Shown: positions 16,550 to 26,714 of the stretch, in pieces
How the letters are laid out: every line of letters begins with the position of its first letter
Numbering within the stretch: the first letter of the stretch is position 1
IMG/VR virus record: IMGVR_UViG_3300048690_000084
Location: 1 to 62,922 of that record
Direction: 5' to 3' (one strand)
DNA from: a virus
Lineage: Duplodnaviria > Caudoviricetes
DNA: 62,922 nucleotides
The notes under the pieces: generated by a model
What the model was told of the DNA's origin: nothing
What the model saw: the letters and a program-made list of their open reading frames with translations, nothing else
The model's database searches: none
Program-made: the position numbers and the translations under genes

Positions 16550-17279
16550 CGTATTTGGTGCGCTTACCGTGACCGGAAGGGAAAGTAATCTGCCGGACGG
16601 CACGGCAGTCTGGAGGTGTGTATGCGAGTGCGGCGAAGTTCGAGTTATACCCGGCAACTCACTTCGCGCAGGAAGAAACAAAAGCTGCGGATGCCTGTCT
16701 CCAAGATTTACATCCGAGAGGACAAAAAAGCACGGCATGTCCCTCAGTCGGGTCTATGGCATTTGGCAAGGAATGATCGCAAGGTGCTCTAATGCCTCAG
16801 TCGGAAAAACAAGAAGGCTCTATTACAACAAGGGAATCAGGGTGTGCGAAAGGTGGATGAGGTTTGAAAACTTTTTGGAAGACATGGGCACCCCAGAAAA
16901 ACACCAAAGCATTGACAGAAAGGACGGAGACAAAGATTACGAGCCGGGAAACTGCCAGTGGGCCGACAGCAAGGCTCAAGCAAACAACACATCCTCAAAT
17001 CTGATCATCACCCTGAATGGTGCCTCACTAACCGCATCAGAGTGGTCTGATAAAACAGGGATCAAGGCAAACACAATTGTCTACAGGATAAGGCGAGGCT
17101 GGAGCGCCGACCGAGCTTTGGAAAAAAATCCAATCAATGTCCGCACAAAAAGAAAAGAGGAAAGAGCTAGGCCTTGCGAGGTGTGTGGCACAGAGTTTTG
17201 CCCAAGACCCGCGCAAATAAAAGCAGGAAATGGAAGATTCTGCTCTCAAAAATGCAACGGCGAGTCCCGCAAAACATAA
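16524..17279 (+). CDS. HNH-type homing endonuclease with C-terminal Zn finger
   Basis: FG.LTV..WRCVCECG, KSCGC, W.GMIARC, GIRVCERW..FENFLEDMG, SIDR.D....EPGNC.WA. Confidence 0.85.
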   Translation: MALKDMTGSVFGALTVTGRESNLPDGTAVWRCVCECGEVRVIPGNSLRAGRNKSCGCLSPRFTSERTKKHGMSLSRVYGIWQGMIARCSNASVGKTRRLYYNKGIRVCERWMRFENFLEDMGTPEKHQSIDRKDGDKDYEPGNCQWADSKAQANNTSSNLIITLNGASLTASEWSDKTGIKANTIVYRIRRGWSADRALEKNPINVRTKRKEERARPCEVCGTEFCPRPAQIKAGNGRFCSQKCNGESRKT

Positions 17280-17376
17280 CGGAATCCACGGACAGAAGCG
17301 AATGTGGGCCATCCACAAGCTGGACGAGTTGTCCGCGCTGAACAAAACAATTGGAATATTGTTTAGCGAGAAATGA
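17272..17376 (+). pseudogene. Displaced original 3' end of the Ref-like gene
   Basis: Translates KHNGIHGQKRMWAIHKLDELSALNKTIGILFSEK*; 16/29 identical to the C-terminus of 16283..16549. Confidence 0.85.
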
Positions 17377-17391
17377 ATACATTGGTGGGGT

Positions 17392-17416
17392 CGCAACTTC
17401 CACAGTGGAAGTTGCG
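17392..17416. promoter_or_regulatory. Perfect dyad CGCAACTTCCAC-A-GTGGAAGTTGCG at the convergence of middle and late transcription
   Basis: Same 19-bp core as 5457-5475. Confidence 0.55.
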
Positions 17417-17436
17417 TGTACCCACAGATTTCCAGC

Positions 17437-20400
17437 TTACTCGCCCTGTATTGCGCGAACCCGATCGTTCAGCATCTGCATTTTGCGGGTGATCATTTTC
17501 TCCACGCTCTGGATCGACTCACGCGGAGCATCAGCCTCAAGCAGCTTTGCCTTGCGCTTCTTGAGGTTCTGAATCTCAACATAAGTCTTACGCCCCATCT
17601 CGGCCAATCGAGCTTCTGGGTTCTCGGAAAGATACTCGGCAATCGGCTCACGATTTTCTCTGCGGCCTTTGATCTCGTTCTCGTGCTCATTGAGCAGCGT
17701 GAGGTTCTTGTAGAACCGACCAGACTCAGCAGCTGAGCCAGATGTCTCGCCATAGAAGCGGCCAACCAGAGGAATCTTGTACGAAGGAAGCTCTTCGCCG
17801 GACGCGGTCTTCGCAACGGTCTGCTCAACCTTCAGCAATTCACGACCAACGCCGCCTGTCGCCTGACCAATCAAATAGTCCAGCTGGTCAGGAGTGGGGC
17901 TCAGCACGCCGGGTTTGAATTCCGTGCCGCCGGATGCGTAGTTCAGGAACTTGGCGATCTGCGTGGAGAACTCGCTGGCCGTGTCCTTGGCTCGGGTGTA
18001 CCCGGGCGTTGGATCAAGGTTGCTGAAGTCCTTGCGTGCAATGGGCTTGCCTGTCCAGTCGCGGTTCTCTGTGAGCGCCACGATTGGGTCTGCAAATGTT
18101 GGTGCCAGCGTTTGAGCTGACCAGCCAGCGTTGCCAATCGGGTTGAACGCCTCAAGGTACATGCCAGTCAGCGACGCAATGCGCTCTGGTGTGTCTTTGA
18201 ATCCAGACAAGGCCCACTCGGTCAAGATGCGGCTTGTGCTTGGGATGACGTGGTAGCCGAGAGGCATCGGGAATGCCAAGTACTTGTCGCCGCCGATAGG
18301 CAGGATCAAGTTGCGCTCACGCACAAACTCGGGCGGCTCTTCGTCATCGAACCCGGCAGCAGCCAGCAGAGCGGCCTGCATCGAGCCAAGCAGCAAACCG
18401 CCAGCAATGATCTTCTTGCCTGCTGGACCGCGAAGGGTCTGGACCAAGCGAGTTGTACCCTGCATAGCGGCGTTGAAGAAGGCGTAGAGTGCGCCAGCCT
18501 GAACGGCAATCTGACCCTTGCGGTTGAAGTTGACCGTCAGGTTTTTGGCGATTGATGCAGCCTCTTCCTTGCCGATGCCCTTGTCCAGCGCGGCCTTATA
18601 GGCAGACAGGCGGACAGCGTTTTCCATCGAGTCGTTGTAGTCGCTCAGCCAGTTGATGGCAGCGCGGCCGGCAGACTTCAGCTTGCCCTCTTTGATCATG
18701 TTCAGCTCTTTTTGCAAAGCCTCTGCACGCTCTTGCGAACGGCTGAACTGATCGCGGAAACCGGTCTGGCCACCTTGCTCTTGGAACTCAACCCAAAGGT
18801 CTGACCACTGGCCGGTCACCTTCTTGCCGTCACGCTCAGCACGTACCGCAGCATAGATGCCCTTCAGCGCAGGCAGCGTACCCGCTACGACGGCCTTTGT
18901 GTCTTTGGCAAGGGGTGTGTTGCTCAGCTGCAGTGCAGCGCCTTGTACGTCGCGCAAGAAGTTGTATGCACCGAAGACTGGGTTGTACTGCGTGTTGACG
19001 GCAGCCATCCAGCGAGTCAGCTTGGAAATAGGGCCGAGCACATTGCCCAGCTGCTCAGCATCCAAATTCTTCAGCGACTCAACCATGCGCTTGGAGCGCT
19101 CGTTGTTCGGGTTGAAGAAGACGTAGCGGTTCTGTCCATTGAACCGCATGGAGATCACGTTCTCGTTGTTGCGCAGCGTTGCATTGATGCGCTCCACAAC
19201 TTCGTTCCTGTTCTTGTCGATCGCCTTTTGGCGAGGCTCTTTGGCGATGAAGTCCAAGTCCTGCTGGGTCAGGCCAAAGTTGAGCAACTCCTGCAGGTTG
19301 GCGGGGTCCACCTCTGCAAGCGGGTCAACGGGCAACCAGAACTCTGGGTTCGGATTCTGCGCGGCCAAGCCAAACAAAGCCTGAGCAACGCGGTTCTTCT
19401 GCGCCTTGACGATGGCACGCTCGCGCATCATGGCCACGTTAGCCAGCACGTCAGTTGCCTCTCGCTCCGAGCCCATCGCACGACGGCTAAAGTCACCGCG
19501 CACATCAAAGCCCTGACCGGTGCCCATGCCGTTAGCGGTGTAGGCGTAGTCGATGTCGCCACGCTTGAGCGGAACGTAGAACGGGAAGGTCGCCTCCCAG
19601 TTGTCGATCGTCTCTTGCGTCTCAAGGCCACTGTCAACCAGAATTTTGCGTGTGCCCTTGGTGATGCTGTCAACTCGCTTGGCCAGCGCCTCGTACTTGG
19701 CTTTGTCGGCCGGAGACAGCTTGTTCAGGTAGGCCTGAGCGTCAGCAGTCTTGATGCCGGAGCCGCCATCAGGCATCTTCGGATTGACCTTGGCAACCTG
19801 AGCGTTGTATGCGATGGCATGGCGGTTCTTGAGGTATTCCTCCATGTCCGCAATGTTGACGCCGTCCTTCTCCATGGCCTGCATCAGTGGGCGCAGCTCA
19901 TCAATCAGGAAGTCCTTGGTCTGCTTTGCGGTGCGGCCGTGGTACAGCTCTTCCTGCAAGTACGGGTTCCACTTGGCCATGATCTTGCCGGCGGTAGACG
20001 AGATCGCATCCACCACTCGCTTGGTGTCGATCATCTTGTCTTGCAAGGTGTAGATCAGGTCATCCTTGCCAATGTCGCCAGCCAGCTTGGTATCGGTCGG
20101 AGTTGTCCACTGCGAAAGGATCGGCTTGCCCGTGATGCTGTCGCGGCTGTAGCGAATGTCGGTATTGTCTGGATCGTATGCGCCGATGTTGCCGGTGGCA
20201 GATTTGATTTGCTTCGAGCTGAAGACGCCGAGGTTTTTTACCTGCCTTCCTGCCTCTCTGACGTAAAAGCTGTCGTGACCCATCGCCTTAATCGCTGCTT
20301 GCACCTTGCGCGATTCAATGGCTTCATAGTCGCCGCGCTTGATGTCGCGGACGTAATTTGAGACGCTGCGCTCGGTGTAACGGTTGTCTTTCTCGTATTG

Positions 20401-23400
20401 CTCAAGCGCCGCGATGTGCTCGGGATTGTCGAAGTCGAACGGGTTTTCCGCCTTGACGTAGACCGGGAGAATATTGGGCTGCCCGCCAGATTTATCCAAG
20501 CTGTCGATGGTGGTGGTTGTGTATTCCTCGGCAAATTTGGGGTCGGCGGTCAAAAAGATCATGCCGTCCTTTGGCTCAAACGCAAAGAAGTCTGCATCGG
20601 TGCCGTGGTACATCACCAGCGGCTTACCATTGGAATCAACCACCTTACTGCTGCCAAACCACTTTTTGAATGCCGCTGTACCGGGGCCAGTCTTTGGTGC
20701 ATCACTGCGCGAGGCCGCAGGCTTTCCTTTTACAGCGCGACGTTTGCCGCTCTCAACAAAGGCGCGAGCAGGCAAGATGTACTTCTCAATGATGTCGGCA
20801 TCAGACAACTTGATATTGAGGCCAAGATCACGCAAGAAGTTGCGGATGATGGCGATCGCACGCTTGACGAATGGCAGGCCCGGTTTGGTCTGAGCCATAA
20901 CAGCCAGCACCTCTTCAGCAGCTTCAAGCATATCCTTTTGGCTGTTGACATCGAGGCCGTACTGCTTGGCCTTAGCCTCCACTTCGGCGCGTCGGTTCTT
21001 CACCACGTCAGCCAGCACCTCGCCCATCTTGGGACCGAACGTGCCGCGCAGACCGTAGTGGCCCAGTGATTCATGGAACAGCGTCTCGATAACGTCTTGG
21101 TCGGACGACATGGCATCAGCCAAGATGTACGCCTTGCCGTTGTAGAAGAAGCCCTTCGGAGTGCCCTTTGCGCCAGCCGCAATCGCAGCCTTGTTGTGCT
21201 CGCGGACCGCCTTCGGAACGACGGGGTCATCCATGTTCTCGGCAATCACAACCTTCGGAGCATTCGCCCACTTGGACTTTGTTGCACCAACAACTTCCGA
21301 GGTGCGGTCAACGCCGATAGATGGGCCAGCAGAAGTGCTGCGCTGGTAGCGAATGTCAGTGGCTTCACCAACTTCTTGCTCTGTGGCCGAGCGCTCAACG
21401 GAAGCGGCCTCACCGGGCTCAACTTCGGAAATCTCATACTCAGCCATGCGAGGAGCTTCGGCCTCACGGCGCTTTTCGCTGATCTTGTTTTCCAGATCGC
21501 GGGCGCTGATGCCTGCGTCAAACGTCAGGTTATCCCTGTTGCGCAGCTTTTCCTTGATGTACTCAGCGGACTCCGACTCATCAAACGTGATGGAGCCCGG
21601 GCGCTTGTCTGGCGGAAGGTAGTTATCCAGCGAACCGCTCGACACCATGTCAGAGATGAACGCGCCACCACGGCCACCCTTGATGCGCAGGTTCCTGCCG
21701 ATGTCAGGAGAGATGTCCGACACCTCTCCCGGTGCCAACTTGCCCATCAGTTCGCCGTAAAGGTTGGTGCTCTTGATGCGGCTGCGCTCCTTCTCAAGCT
21801 GTGCAATTTCTGCATCAGCCTCAGATTCAGGCGGTGTTGGCTGCTCACGCATCTTCTCCAAGCGTGTCACATCCTTCTTTGTCAAAGGCGCTTCGGGTGT
21901 TGCTGGTCGCGCCTGCAGATTAGCCAACTCCTCGCCGCCAACCACAACATCGCGGCTCTCGACTGGAGGTAGATTTTTATCGCCAAAGACGCTGGTTGCA
22001 GCCTTCTCTTTGTCCTTGCGCAAGTTCTCGATGTCACGCTTGAGAATCTCACCCATGCGCTCATCAATGCGATCAAGAAGAATCTTTGACTGCGGACTTT
22101 TCTCTTCGGCCATCAGGCGCTGCTTCTCGCGCTGAAGAAGTGCATAGTCATCACCCAAAGCCGACTCCGAAGCCTCTCGCTCCTCGCGCTTTGCACGCAT
22201 CCTCCCGGCAAGATCGCCGCCAGCAGGCGTTGCTTCAAGGCTTGGCTTATTCCCGGTGATGGATTTACCAACGGGCTCCTCAACAAAAACAGGCTTGGCA
22301 GGAACGGCTTGTGGCTTGTACTTGTTCTCAAACTGCTGCCGCTCATATTCGGCAACTTCCTCGGGCGTAGTTGCTACAGAGCCATCAGGAAACACCATTG
22401 GCTTGAAGGGCTCCGAGGCACCAAGCGCCAGCGTTGGCTGCTTATCAGCCTCCTGTGCCGCGTATTTATTCTGGAACTGCTGCTCTTCATACCGAGCAAC
22501 ATCTTCAGGTGTCGTGGCAACAGAGCCGTCAGGGAAAACAACAGGTTTAAATGGCTCGGAGGCACCAAGAGCAAGAGGCTGAACCTTTGCCTCCTCTTCG
22601 GCACGCTGAGCTTCGGCAAGTTGCGCAAGACGCTGAGCCTCGGCCGCATCGAACTCTTGCTTGGCTTTCACGCCTTGACGAGCCATTGCTGTGTTGACTG
22701 GACCAGCACCGCCACCAATTGCGCCACCGATCAAACCAGCCTGATATGCCACTTCGCCATACTCAGACAACGCTTCAGGAGATGTGACATCCAAGCCTGC
22801 TTGCGCCCGCTCAATGACGCTTTGCGCAATCTCAACTGGAATCTCGGTGGCAATGCCCTTGGCAACACCACGTCCAGCGGCGGCAGCAAGAGATCGCTCG
22901 GCCGCTTGAGTCATCGCCTGCTGAGCTTTGGTCGTTGCCAACGCGGCATCGTCAGCCACACCAAGAACACCCTTAACGATTCGCTTGCCCAGAACGAACG
23001 CAGTACCAGCGCCCTCGATGGCAGCCTGACCAGCGGCGGCAGCACCAGCGGCTGCGCGATCAATCTGAACTGGCTCTCCCTTTTCGATTTGCTCAGAGGC
23101 CTGTCGCTCGACGTTGGAGCCAAAAAACTGAGGCAGCAGTGTTGCACCAGCGCCCAGTGCGCCACCAACAAACGTGCCAATACCGGGGGCTACGGCCGTA
23201 CCAGCCATCGCGCCAAGACGAGCACCGCCAGCCATCGCAGCAAGGTTTGCACCCTGACCAGCCAAGGCGCGGGGGATTTGACCAACAGCTTCGCCTGCGG
23301 CAGACAGCAGGCCGCGATCCTCGTAAGCCTTCTTCAAGGCCTCAAAGGACACGCCCTCGCCCGCTTCTTTCCCGATCTCTTCGCCGCGCTTGATGCCTGC

Positions 23401-23631
23401 AACTGCCGCATCTTCAGGGCTGCCGAGCAATGACTCAATGCCAGTTCGAGCGGACGAGATTACCTGCTTACCACCACGGACAAGCTCGCTGCCAATGGTG
23501 GATTTCTTTTGGGGTTCGACCGCAGCGGTGGCTTGCTGGTGGGTGTAGTTGGCCCATTCCCAAGCTGTGTTTGGATCGGGAGCCTCTACTTGGTATTTAC
23601 TCCCGCCAACCTCAACTTCGTATGTAGCCAT
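17437..23631 (-). CDS. Large polyvalent virion/ejection protein (metallopeptidase-like, ART-like and LPD38-like domains)
   Basis: HESLGH; FKKWFG.SKVVD..GKPLVMYHGT...QIKSATGN; TVNFNRKG..LYAFFNA, ENRDWTGKPI. Confidence 0.8.
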   Translation of the reverse strand: MATYEVEVGGSKYQVEAPDPNTAWEWANYTHQQATAAVEPQKKSTIGSELVRGGKQVISSARTGIESLLGSPEDAAVAGIKRGEEIGKEAGEGVSFEALKKAYEDRGLLSAAGEAVGQIPRALAGQGANLAAMAGGARLGAMAGTAVAPGIGTFVGGALGAGATLLPQFFGSNVERQASEQIEKGEPVQIDRAAAGAAAAGQAAIEGAGTAFVLGKRIVKGVLGVADDAALATTKAQQAMTQAAERSLAAAAGRGVAKGIATEIPVEIAQSVIERAQAGLDVTSPEALSEYGEVAYQAGLIGGAIGGGAGPVNTAMARQGVKAKQEFDAAEAQRLAQLAEAQRAEEEAKVQPLALGASEPFKPVVFPDGSVATTPEDVARYEEQQFQNKYAAQEADKQPTLALGASEPFKPMVFPDGSVATTPEEVAEYERQQFENKYKPQAVPAKPVFVEEPVGKSITGNKPSLEATPAGGDLAGRMRAKREEREASESALGDDYALLQREKQRLMAEEKSPQSKILLDRIDERMGEILKRDIENLRKDKEKAATSVFGDKNLPPVESRDVVVGGEELANLQARPATPEAPLTKKDVTRLEKMREQPTPPESEADAEIAQLEKERSRIKSTNLYGELMGKLAPGEVSDISPDIGRNLRIKGGRGGAFISDMVSSGSLDNYLPPDKRPGSITFDESESAEYIKEKLRNRDNLTFDAGISARDLENKISEKRREAEAPRMAEYEISEVEPGEAASVERSATEQEVGEATDIRYQRSTSAGPSIGVDRTSEVVGATKSKWANAPKVVIAENMDDPVVPKAVREHNKAAIAAGAKGTPKGFFYNGKAYILADAMSSDQDVIETLFHESLGHYGLRGTFGPKMGEVLADVVKNRRAEVEAKAKQYGLDVNSQKDMLEAAEEVLAVMAQTKPGLPFVKRAIAIIRNFLRDLGLNIKLSDADIIEKYILPARAFVESGKRRAVKGKPAASRSDAPKTGPGTAAFKKWFGSSKVVDSNGKPLVMYHGTDADFFAFEPKDGMIFLTADPKFAEEYTTTTIDSLDKSGGQPNILPVYVKAENPFDFDNPEHIAALEQYEKDNRYTERSVSNYVRDIKRGDYEAIESRKVQAAIKAMGHDSFYVREAGRQVKNLGVFSSKQIKSATGNIGAYDPDNTDIRYSRDSITGKPILSQWTTPTDTKLAGDIGKDDLIYTLQDKMIDTKRVVDAISSTAGKIMAKWNPYLQEELYHGRTAKQTKDFLIDELRPLMQAMEKDGVNIADMEEYLKNRHAIAYNAQVAKVNPKMPDGGSGIKTADAQAYLNKLSPADKAKYEALAKRVDSITKGTRKILVDSGLETQETIDNWEATFPFYVPLKRGDIDYAYTANGMGTGQGFDVRGDFSRRAMGSEREATDVLANVAMMRERAIVKAQKNRVAQALFGLAAQNPNPEFWLPVDPLAEVDPANLQELLNFGLTQQDLDFIAKEPRQKAIDKNRNEVVERINATLRNNENVISMRFNGQNRYVFFNPNNERSKRMVESLKNLDAEQLGNVLGPISKLTRWMAAVNTQYNPVFGAYNFLRDVQGAALQLSNTPLAKDTKAVVAGTLPALKGIYAAVRAERDGKKVTGQWSDLWVEFQEQGGQTGFRDQFSRSQERAEALQKELNMIKEGKLKSAGRAAINWLSDYNDSMENAVRLSAYKAALDKGIGKEEAASIAKNLTVNFNRKGQIAVQAGALYAFFNAAMQGTTRLVQTLRGPAGKKIIAGGLLLGSMQAALLAAAGFDDEEPPEFVRERNLILPIGGDKYLAFPMPLGYHVIPSTSRILTEWALSGFKDTPERIASLTGMYLEAFNPIGNAGWSAQTLAPTFADPIVALTENRDWTGKPIARKDFSNLDPTPGYTRAKDTASEFSTQIAKFLNYASGGTEFKPGVLSPTPDQLDYLIGQATGGVGRELLKVEQTVAKTASGEELPSYKIPLVGRFYGETSGSAAESGRFYKNLTLLNEHENEIKGRRENREPIAEYLSENPEARLAEMGRKTYVEIQNLKKRKAKLLEADAPRESIQSVEKMITRKMQMLNDRVRAIQGE

Positions 23632-23658
23632 TTTTCACCTCAAATCATTGCCGCAATC

Positions 23659-25608
23659 TTACTTGCTAGGAGAAATCAATTTTACAGCGTTGGGTGGTGG
23701 AGCGCCAAACCCGCCAGTGACACCACCCATGCCGGAGAGGCTGGAGATTTGAGAGTTCACAACACCCAGCATTCTCCTGCCTTCAGCCCGCTCCGCCTCA
23801 GTCGCCCCGTAGTCGGCCATCTCTTTGTAGTCCTTCTTCAAGTTCGCCAAGGCAGAAAGATCAACTCGCTGGTTGGCTGCGGTTGCCGCCTTCCATGCCT
23901 CGTATGCTTTGGCTGGATCGCCTTTTGGATTCTCTGCGTTGACGGTCTTTGCCAAGTAGCCTTGGAAAGCAAGGCGGTCAGGAGTATTGAGTGTCGCCTC
24001 AATCTGAGCCTTTGCGTTGGCAGCAGACTGCGCGGTCGCACGATCTCTGGAGGCTCGATCTTTATCCCCCTCTTCCAAACTAATGGTGGTCTTCAGGATT
24101 TCTTGACTCAGCTTGCTTCGATCGCCATACAAGGTTTTGGCGGAAGACAGTGCATCCTTCTTGCCGGACAGAATCGTGCGCTGAATGCCAAGCTCAGCCT
24201 CTGCACGCTCTTTGGCAGACATCTCATCGCGGTTGAGCTTCAGCTCTTCCATGCGATCTTTGGCATCGTCCAGCTTATCTTGGGCCGAGCGCAGCTTGTC
24301 GATGCCGGCAGCATACTTTGCCGTGCCTTCACGAGCCCCTTTACCGATAGCTGTAGCCAAGCCACCCGGGGTGGACATGATGGCCAAGCCAGCCTCAAGG
24401 AAAGCCAAGCCGGTGTTCGCGTCTTTGGATTTCTCCAGTTCTTTAGCCCGCTCTTCTAAGCGACCCTCTCGGCCTTTGAAGGCATCCTTAAACAAAGCCT
24501 GCCGTGCATCAACACTGGCAAGAGTATCCTTGGCCAGTTTCTCTGCCTCAGATTGAAACGCAGATTCTTGAGACGCAAAAGGATTTGGCTGGGAAGTCAT
24601 CTTATTTTGAGCCGCAAGGAAGCGATCCTCAATAGACATGGCTGGAGCTGCAGCCCTAGGAACGCCTGCGCCAAGTTCCCGCGAACCCGCGCCAAGATTG
24701 CGCTTACCTTCTCCGCCGCCAGCACCTTCTCTGGTGATGTTTGCCGACATTGGCAAAATTGCACCGGGAGTGGCAAGTCGCCGATCAATTCCGCTGATGT
24801 CTTCTGGTTTGGATGTTGGCGCGCCCTGCGCTGCAGTCGGAGCGGCTGAAGTTTGAGCTTGTGACGACTGAGTTGCCTTCCCTCCTGAACCGGAAGCCGA
24901 CTGATCCAAAATTGCCGCAGCCAAAGCGCCGTTCGGGTCCATTGCGCCCATCATTGGATTATCCAAATAAGCCTCTCGCAGCTTTGGGCTGCTGGCCATC
25001 ACATCCGTGGCAAACTGCGTCGCAGGGATGCCGCCAGCCAAAACGACTTGGCCCGGACCTGTTGCTGCCAGTTTCCCGGCACCCGCGAGGCCGCTTACGC
25101 CAGCTTTTGCCACGTCATAGCCCATGCGAGCCAGCACGGAAGAAACACTGGTACCCAGTCGCGTTGCCAAGCTTGAGGCTTGTTGGTAAATCGCAGCAGG
25201 AACTCCAATTGCAGCAATTGAAGCCGGGACATCGGCGTAAGGAACGCCAGTAAACGAGCCGCTCTCTCCGCTGTACCGCTCAACCTGACCGCCACCAGCA
25301 TAACCAGTGATGCCGCCATCGGCAAAGTTCATCTGCGCGGCAGCAGGTAACGCACCGATGCCCTGCTCTTCAGGCATGGATGGCATCTGCTGCTGAGGAG
25401 CCATCTCCGCAACGGCCTGATCAACCACCTTGGGTTGCTGCTGCATACCTTGAACCTGACCGGCAGCACGCATTTCTTTGCGGCGCTTGGATTCAGATAC
25501 GGCCAGAGACATGATGTAAGGGTCATCCTTGTGCATCATGGCGTAGCGCTGCAGGGCTTGGTCTGGCAACTTGGCCAGAGTGGAGGTGATTTGCTCAATG
25601 TTTACCAT
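23659..25608 (-). CDS. Internal virion / DNA ejection protein
   Basis: Ala/Gly-rich with coiled coils; position in late block. Confidence 0.65.
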   Translation of the reverse strand: MVNIEQITSTLAKLPDQALQRYAMMHKDDPYIMSLAVSESKRRKEMRAAGQVQGMQQQPKVVDQAVAEMAPQQQMPSMPEEQGIGALPAAAQMNFADGGITGYAGGGQVERYSGESGSFTGVPYADVPASIAAIGVPAAIYQQASSLATRLGTSVSSVLARMGYDVAKAGVSGLAGAGKLAATGPGQVVLAGGIPATQFATDVMASSPKLREAYLDNPMMGAMDPNGALAAAILDQSASGSGGKATQSSQAQTSAAPTAAQGAPTSKPEDISGIDRRLATPGAILPMSANITREGAGGGEGKRNLGAGSRELGAGVPRAAAPAMSIEDRFLAAQNKMTSQPNPFASQESAFQSEAEKLAKDTLASVDARQALFKDAFKGREGRLEERAKELEKSKDANTGLAFLEAGLAIMSTPGGLATAIGKGAREGTAKYAAGIDKLRSAQDKLDDAKDRMEELKLNRDEMSAKERAEAELGIQRTILSGKKDALSSAKTLYGDRSKLSQEILKTTISLEEGDKDRASRDRATAQSAANAKAQIEATLNTPDRLAFQGYLAKTVNAENPKGDPAKAYEAWKAATAANQRVDLSALANLKKDYKEMADYGATEAERAEGRRMLGVVNSQISSLSGMGGVTGGFGAPPPNAVKLISPSK

Positions 25609-25619
25609 GCTGACCTGCC

Positions 25620-26714
25620 TTACATTTTTGAGAGTGCAAGATCAACCAAACCAGAACGCTTGGTTTCGCGCTTGATCTTAGCGTCGGATACCTTGCCGCC
25701 TTTGGCCATCTTGCTTGCGCCGTATAGTGCGGTGCCAGCTCCCACAACCTGAGAACCCAAGCTTGGGGCGGCTGTGTACATACTGGACACAGAGCCGGAA
25801 GGGGTGCCGCGCAACAGGTTGGATTGGAACTCCAGCTGCTGGTACGGGAACTTCTTTTGATCCAAGAAATCCTGATACTGCTGGCTGAGAATATTCTGCA
25901 CTTGCTGTTGTTGCTGAGTGCCGTATGTGTTCTGCAGCTTATTGATGTCCATGCCTTGGCCGAACTGCTGGCTACCCAGAGCGCCGAGCTGGCCTGCGCC
26001 CGTAATGGCGGCCTGAAGACCTTGAAGCCCAAGTCCTGAGCCGTATTGCCGCGACTGCTCGCGCAGCTGCTGCTCTGTGTTGAATTGGTTTTGACCTCGA
26101 CTATAGGCGTCCTGCAGACCGCGAGCCTGAATATCACCCTTCTGGGTAGCCAAGTTGCGAGCAGCCTCTGCTTCCACAATGGCCTGACGACCGCCGCCAA
26201 ACGCGCCAGCCCTCACTGCATCAGCGTTGCGCTGTGTGCCCGCAATTTCAGCCTGACGCTGAGCTTCGCGCTGCTGGATGCCCACCACATTCTGCATGTA
26301 AGGGTCCATGTACTGACCAGCCTGAGCACCGAACTGACCTGTTTGGTATGGATCGTATGTTGTGCCCAAAGCCCTCTGCGTAGCCTGACCAGCAACATCA
26401 ATGCCCTGCCCCGTGGCGGCAGAAGGCGTCATTGCCCCTGCGCCTTGGAAGGCCTGCTGCTGCAGTGGTGTGAACTGTGCTGTTCTTTCCCCGCCGTAAG
26501 TCTGATATGGGGATTCCGCCAGCGCCGAACCCTTACCCAGAACTTGCTTGGCATACGGAATTGCCCAGTCTGGCAAGTCTTGCTTTACGGTCTGCTCGGT
26601 TGGGTTGGAGCTACTGCCGCCGTCACCATAGATGGTACGACCACCCTCTTTGCGGGTAGCGCCATTGCCAAGTGGTTCGCCCATGGCGTAGAGTTCTCGA
26701 CGGGAATAGCTCAT
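25620..26714 (-). CDS. Internal virion / pilot-like protein
   Basis: Q/G-rich; YMDPY, GAFGG.RQA motifs. Confidence 0.65.
   Translation of the reverse strand: MSYSRRELYAMGEPLGNGATRKEGGRTIYGDGGSSSNPTEQTVKQDLPDWAIPYAKQVLGKGSALAESPYQTYGGERTAQFTPLQQQAFQGAGAMTPSAATGQGIDVAGQATQRALGTTYDPYQTGQFGAQAGQYMDPYMQNVVGIQQREAQRQAEIAGTQRNADAVRAGAFGGGRQAIVEAEAARNLATQKGDIQARGLQDAYSRGQNQFNTEQQLREQSRQYGSGLGLQGLQAAITGAGQLGALGSQQFGQGMDINKLQNTYGTQQQQQVQNILSQQYQDFLDQKKFPYQQLEFQSNLLRGTPSGSVSSMYTAAPSLGSQVVGAGTALYGASKMAKGGKVSDAKIKRETKRSGLVDLALSKM

Noticed and set aside
15215-17279. Group I introns housing the HNH genes
   Set aside because: The ORFs fill nearly the whole inserts, leaving no room for a ribozyme core; no P7-like motifs seen
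18943-23433. Long plus-strand ORFs (472, 299, 374 aa) opposite the polyvalent gene, and similar ones opposite portal/TerL/capsid
   Set aside because: Antisense shadows of biased codon usage; no motifs or RBS
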